Made by a program: the position numbers and the translations under genes. A stretch of 64,000 nucleotides of DNA. Source: Candidatus Ornithoclostridium excrementipullorum. Its GTDB lineage: Bacteria; Bacillota; Clostridia; Christensenellales; UBA3700. The notes beneath the pieces are model-generated. The model did no database searches. It was not told the origin of the DNA and worked only from the letters and a program-made list of their open reading frames with translations. Below are positions 60,673 through 64,000 of this stretch, piece after piece; within the stretch, counting starts at the first letter, position 1, and every line of letters starts with the position of its first letter. The DNA lies in the NCBI GenBank assembly GCA_018716085.1, contig DVKK01000002.1:15380-79379 (forward strand), given 5' to 3'.

Positions 60673-61398
60673 TCAGCGCAGTCCGAACGCGAGGGAACCT
60701 CCTGCGGCAAGCGCACGCGCGCCGTATTCCCTGCACTCCGCATAGGATTCGAGAGTGCCTATATCCGACCAGTAACAAGAAGTCCGATATGCCTTCATCT
60801 TCCCGACGAGCCGCGGGAACAGATCTTTCGCGAAGTCGTATTTCACGCCTTCGGGCACGAGGTCCATCACGCCCTGACCTATGCAGTATATCCCCATGCT
60901 GACCAGATCGGAATCGCTTTTTTGCGGTTTTTCTTCAAAACGCGTTATCGTTCCGTCGCCGCCCAAATGCACCACGCCGAAGCGGCTGACGTCTTTTACG
61001 CGCCTTACGGCAACCGTCACGGGAGCGCCGCCCGAGGCATGGACTCTTGCGAATTCGCCGTAATCTATATCGGTAAAAGTGTCCGCGCTCGCGACCACGA
61101 AGTCGCCGTCGAAAAACCCCGAAGCGGCTTTTACTCCGCCCGCGGTGCCGAGCGGCTCGTCCTCGTAAAAATAGGTGATATTCGCCCCCCATTTTGCGCC
61201 GTCGCCGAAATAATCGGTTATCGCCCGCGGCTTGTAACACAGCGTCACGGCGATATCGGTTATCCCTCCGCGTACGAGATTGCGCACGGTGTATTCCATG
61301 ACCGGCATACCGCAAAGTTCGACCATGGGCTTGGGCAGTTTGTCGGTCAGAGGCCGCAGTCTGGAACCTCTTCCTCCCGCTAATACCACAGCTTTCAT
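60673..61398 (-). CDS. Sugar-1-phosphate nucleotidyltransferase (NTP_transferase family)
   Basis: 241 aa. MKAVVLAGGRGSRLRPLTDKLPKPMV is the nucleotidyltransferase signature. Sugar specificity cannot be told from sequence alone. Confidence 0.8.
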   Translation of the reverse strand: MKAVVLAGGRGSRLRPLTDKLPKPMVELCGMPVMEYTVRNLVRGGITDIAVTLCYKPRAITDYFGDGAKWGANITYFYEDEPLGTAGGVKAASGFFDGDFVVASADTFTDIDYGEFARVHASGGAPVTVAVRRVKDVSRFGVVHLGGDGTITRFEEKPQKSDSDLVSMGIYCIGQGVMDLVPEGVKYDFAKDLFPRLVGKMKAYRTSCYWSDIGTLESYAECREYGARALAAGGSLAFGLR

Positions 61399-61469
61399 TT
61401 CATATCCTCCGAAGCGGAGATAGTGTGAGTGCGAATACGTTAAAATATTCGCAACGCACTCTAAAACTG

Positions 61470-61498
61470 TTGATAAAACGACCGGATTGGAGTATAAT
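61470..61498 (+). promoter_or_regulatory. Candidate sigma-A promoter of serC-serA
   Basis: TTGATA-17 nt-TATAAT, about 30 nt upstream of the serC ATG. Confidence 0.5.
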
Positions 61499-61527
61499 TG
61501 TTTTAATCATCTATTCAGGAGTTGTAT

Positions 61528-62607
61528 ATGAGAGTTTACAATTTTTCGGCAGGTCCTTCGATGCTTCCTCTCGAAGTGCTCGAAGAGGCGCAAAAGAGCT
61601 TCCTCGATTACAACGGCAGCGGCATGAGCGTGGCGGAAATGAGCCACCGCTCCAAGTGGTACGACGCCATTCACATGGAATGTCTTTCTCTTATCAGGGA
61701 ATTGATGAACGTCCCCGACAACTACAAGATACTGCTCGTTCAGGGCGGCGCTTCGCAACAGTTCGACGCGATCCCCCTCAACCTTCTTACGAAAACGGGC
61801 AGAGCCGACTACGTGGTCACCGGCAACTTCGCCAAAAAGGCTTACAAGGCGGCGCTTCAATTCGGCGATATCCATCTGGCGGGCTCTTCCGAAGACAAGA
61901 CCTATACGTATATTCCCAAAGAACTCGATCTGCGCGACGACACGGACTATCTGTACATAACCCAGAACAACACGATCTTCGGCACGCGTTACACCTCGCT
62001 TCCCGTTCCCAAAAGCGGCGTATTGGTGTCCGACGTGTCGTCCAACATCCTCTCCGAGGTCATGGACGTAAGCAAATACGGCGTGATGTATGCGGGCGCT
62101 CAGAAGAACGTCGCTCCCGCAGGCGTGACGATAGTCATCGTCCGCGAGGACCTCATCGGCGACGGCATGAAAGGCTGCCCGACTATGCTCAAATGGAAAA
62201 CTCAGGCGGACGCCGACAGCCTCTACAATACTCCCCCGTGCTTCGCTATATATATGGCTATGCTCAATATGCGTCACCTCAAAAAGATGGGCGGCGTGAG
62301 CGAGATCCAGAAGATAAACGAATACAAGGCGGGACTGCTGTACGACTTCATCGACAACAGCAAATTGTACAAAAACTACGTTGTTCGCGAAGACCGCTCG
62401 ATGATGAACGTACCGTTCGTGACCGGCGACAAGGATCTTGACGCACAGTTCGTCAAGGAGGCGGAACAGAACGGACTCGTATCCATCAAGGGTCACAAGC
62501 TCGTCGGCGGCATGAGAGCTTCCATCTACAACGCAATGCCCGTCGAAGGCGTAAAGAAACTCATCGAGTTCATGAAGAAGTTCGAACTCGAACACAGCGC
62601 GAACTGA
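61528..62607 (+). CDS. serC: Phosphoserine aminotransferase
   Basis: The track ORF (TTG at 61522) is better started at ATG 61528, with AGGAG 6 nt upstream. YNFSAGPSMLP.EVL..A......Y.GSGMSV.EMSHRS is the SerC N-terminus. Confidence 0.9.
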   Translation: MRVYNFSAGPSMLPLEVLEEAQKSFLDYNGSGMSVAEMSHRSKWYDAIHMECLSLIRELMNVPDNYKILLVQGGASQQFDAIPLNLLTKTGRADYVVTGNFAKKAYKAALQFGDIHLAGSSEDKTYTYIPKELDLRDDTDYLYITQNNTIFGTRYTSLPVPKSGVLVSDVSSNILSEVMDVSKYGVMYAGAQKNVAPAGVTIVIVREDLIGDGMKGCPTMLKWKTQADADSLYNTPPCFAIYMAMLNMRHLKKMGGVSEIQKINEYKAGLLYDFIDNSKLYKNYVVREDRSMMNVPFVTGDKDLDAQFVKEAEQNGLVSIKGHKLVGGMRASIYNAMPVEGVKKLIEFMKKFELEHSAN

Positions 62608-62617
62608 CGGAGGAAAT

Positions 62618-63778
62618 ATGTACGATATACTCAAACTCAACGAAATAAGCCCCAAGGTCACGGGCGTGCTCGGCACGGACGACTACCGCGTTTCCGCAGA
62701 ATGCGAAATGCCCGACGCGATCATACTGCGCAGCTTCAATATGCACGACTACAAAGTCGCGCCCAGCGTAAAAGCAGTCGCCCGCGCGGGAGCGGGAGTC
62801 AACAACATACCGATAGACAAGATGACCGAAAACGGTATCTGCGTATTCAACACCCCGGGCGCGAACGCCAACGCGGTCAAAGAACTCGTGATCTGCTGTC
62901 TGATAATGGGCGGACGCAAGCTCGTACAAGGCATCAACTGGGTACAGTCGCTCAAAGGCGACGACGTCGACAAACAGGTCGAAAAGGGCAAGAAAGCGTT
63001 CATCGGCTGCGAGATCGAAGGAAAGACCCTGGGCGTAGTCGGACTGGGCGCGATCGGCAGACTGGTCGCCAACGCCGCGGTCGAACTCGGTATGCACGTG
63101 CTCGGATACGATCCTTACCTGAGCGTTGACGGCGCTCTTCTGCTGGACAAACACATCGAGCATATCACCGACGTGACGGAGCTGTTCGCCAAGAGCGATT
63201 TCATCACGCTGCACGTCCCCGCCACTCCCCAGACCAAGAATATGGTCAACGCGGAGAGCATCGATTCGATGAAAAACGGCGTCGTCATCGTGAACTGCGC
63301 GAGGGGCGAACTCGTCAACAACGCAGACGTAGTCGAAGCGGTCAAGAGCGGCAAAGTCGGCAGATACGTGACTGATCTGCCCAAAGCCGAACTGCTCGGA
63401 TACGATAACATCATCACCCTGCCTCATTTGGGCGCTTCCACGCCGGAGGCGGAAGACAACTGCGCGGTCATGGCGGCAAAACAGCTCAAAGACTATCTCG
63501 AAAACGGCAACGTCGTGAACAGCGTAAACTTCCCGTCCGCGAAAGCTCCGAGAAATACGCCCTGCCGCATAGCGATCCTTCACAGGAACGTCGCCAACAT
63601 GATAGCCACGGCTACGTCTTTCGTCGCGGAGGCGGGCATCAACATCAACAATCTCGTTTCGGCTTCGCGCGGAGAAGTAGGCTATATGCTGCTGGATATC
63701 GACGCGAAGATAGACGAAGGCACCGTCGCGCGCATGAGAGCGCAGGACGGCTTCATTTCCGTGAGAGTCTTCGACTGA
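62618..63778 (+). CDS. serA: D-3-phosphoglycerate dehydrogenase with C-terminal ACT domain
   Basis: 386 aa. GVVGLGAIGRLVA (NAD fold), the 2-hydroxyacid dehydrogenase catalytic blocks (NCARG, ..HLGAST.EA) and an ACT-like tail. It follows serC. Confidence 0.9.
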   Translation: MYDILKLNEISPKVTGVLGTDDYRVSAECEMPDAIILRSFNMHDYKVAPSVKAVARAGAGVNNIPIDKMTENGICVFNTPGANANAVKELVICCLIMGGRKLVQGINWVQSLKGDDVDKQVEKGKKAFIGCEIEGKTLGVVGLGAIGRLVANAAVELGMHVLGYDPYLSVDGALLLDKHIEHITDVTELFAKSDFITLHVPATPQTKNMVNAESIDSMKNGVVIVNCARGELVNNADVVEAVKSGKVGRYVTDLPKAELLGYDNIITLPHLGASTPEAEDNCAVMAAKQLKDYLENGNVVNSVNFPSAKAPRNTPCRIAILHRNVANMIATATSFVAEAGININNLVSASRGEVGYMLLDIDAKIDEGTVARMRAQDGFISVRVFD

Positions 63779-63797
63779 CAACCATACGATCAAAAAA

Positions 63798-63824
63798 GAT
63801 CCCCTCGGAGGGGGTCTTTTTTTT
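63798..63824 (+). terminator. Rho-independent terminator after serA
   Basis: A GATCCCCTC/GAGGGGGTC hairpin is followed by TTTTTTTT. Confidence 0.6.
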
Positions 63825-64000
63825 GGCTTTCCGCATAAATCGCAAGACCGCAGGAACGCATTCTCGTCAGCTTTTCGGTATGATCGCACATAAATACAGA
63901 GAGAAACCGTATCGGCGCGAAGTACCCTTCGGGTCTTTGGGCGTAGAACGGATCATTAATTTCTTGCCGCGCGGCACATATGCAGGCGCCGTCGCATTTC

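Noticed and set aside
61431-61466. A nested hairpin (GAGTGCG..GAATA..TATTC..CGCACTC) upstream of the serC promoter, considered as a riboswitch or T-box.
   Set aside because: It lies upstream of the predicted -35 box, so it would not be in the serC transcript. It has none of the T-box or known riboswitch core sequences. It is more likely an operator or part of the divergent gene's leader.
3010-62676. Many very long ORFs antisense to, or out of frame with, the genes called above. Examples: 3010..5361+, 6676..9084+, 10661..12295+, 15455..17815+, 19449..22820+ (1123 aa), 31626..33593+, 33678..35354-, 35396..37174-, 40475..42628-, 43854..45497+, 47172..48869+, 50313..51857+, 52252..53700+, 53561..55018+, 55829..57274+, 56979..58385+, 59304..60593+, 61507..62676-, and one just beyond, 62570..63889-.
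   Set aside because: Their translations are Arg/Gly/His-rich low-complexity strings with no recognisable motifs and no RBSs. Each one exactly shadows a strongly supported gene on the other strand or frame. This is the usual shadow-ORF effect in GC-rich DNA.
63867-64000. A possible 3' end of a minus-strand gene at the right edge (...RGKKLMIRSTPKDPKGTSRRYGFSLYLCAIIPKS*).
   Set aside because: It is too short, has no recognisable motif and has indifferent codon bias. It cannot be told apart from a random frame.
1-64000. A search by eye for CRISPR arrays, tRNA/rRNA genes, transposases, integrases, phage genes, toxin-antitoxin pairs and known defence-system genes.
   Set aside because: I saw no spaced direct repeats, no cloverleaf-like or rRNA-like segments and no recognisable mobile-element or defence proteins. 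The NYN-domain protein stands alone with no partner genes typical of defence systems. A computational scan (tRNAscan, Rfam, PADLOC/DefenseFinder) would be needed to be sure.

Overview
This window looks like a chromosomal segment of a spore-forming Bacillota/Clostridia-type bacterium. The evidence is spoIVA, the rplU-prp-rpmA arrangement with an L27 propeptide, GGAGG ribosome-binding sites and many ATGA-coupled genes. It looks GC-rich for a Firmicute by eye, but I did not compute GC content. About 56 protein-coding genes can be supported, roughly three quarters on the minus strand. I saw no rRNA, tRNA, CRISPR array, transposase, integrase or phage genes.

Content falls into two groups:
- Housekeeping: pdp, rsfS, a nadD-yqeK fusion, nadE, a DAHP synthase, copA, L21/Prp/L27, uvrC, der, RNase J, a trmR/trhP-like pair, serC-serA, spoIVA and a heterodimeric ABC exporter.
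- Carbohydrate genes: a GH95 lipoprotein, GH38 alpha-mannosidase, GH2 beta-galactosidase and one very large uronate operon.

The main candidate for something new is a 13-gene, ~15 kb, single-strand operon (9336-24452) with a divergent AraC regulator. It joins a complete glucuronate pathway (uxaC, uxuB-type SDR, uxuA, kdgK, eda) to eight genes with no assigned role in that pathway. These are three Gfo/Idh/MocA oxidoreductases, a xylose-isomerase-like TIM-barrel protein, a GDPD-like protein, an (alpha/alpha)6 hydrolase-like protein, a GPH symporter and a tightly linked orphan lipoprotein. No classical beta-glucuronidase is present.

Secondary leads:
- Two unannotated cysteine-rich micro-ORFs (58 and 45 aa). 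Both have strong RBSs and terminators and share a CD(x)PL..CC motif. One is divergent from an ArsR/SmtB regulator and both lie next to spoIVA.
- An in-frame RBS+ATG inside copA that could produce a free CopZ-like domain.
- A stand-alone FakA/YloV middle-domain protein behind an [FeFe]-hydrogenase-like gene.
- A nonsense-disrupted lipoprotein gene.

All functional calls come from motif recognition by eye. No database search or computation was run.
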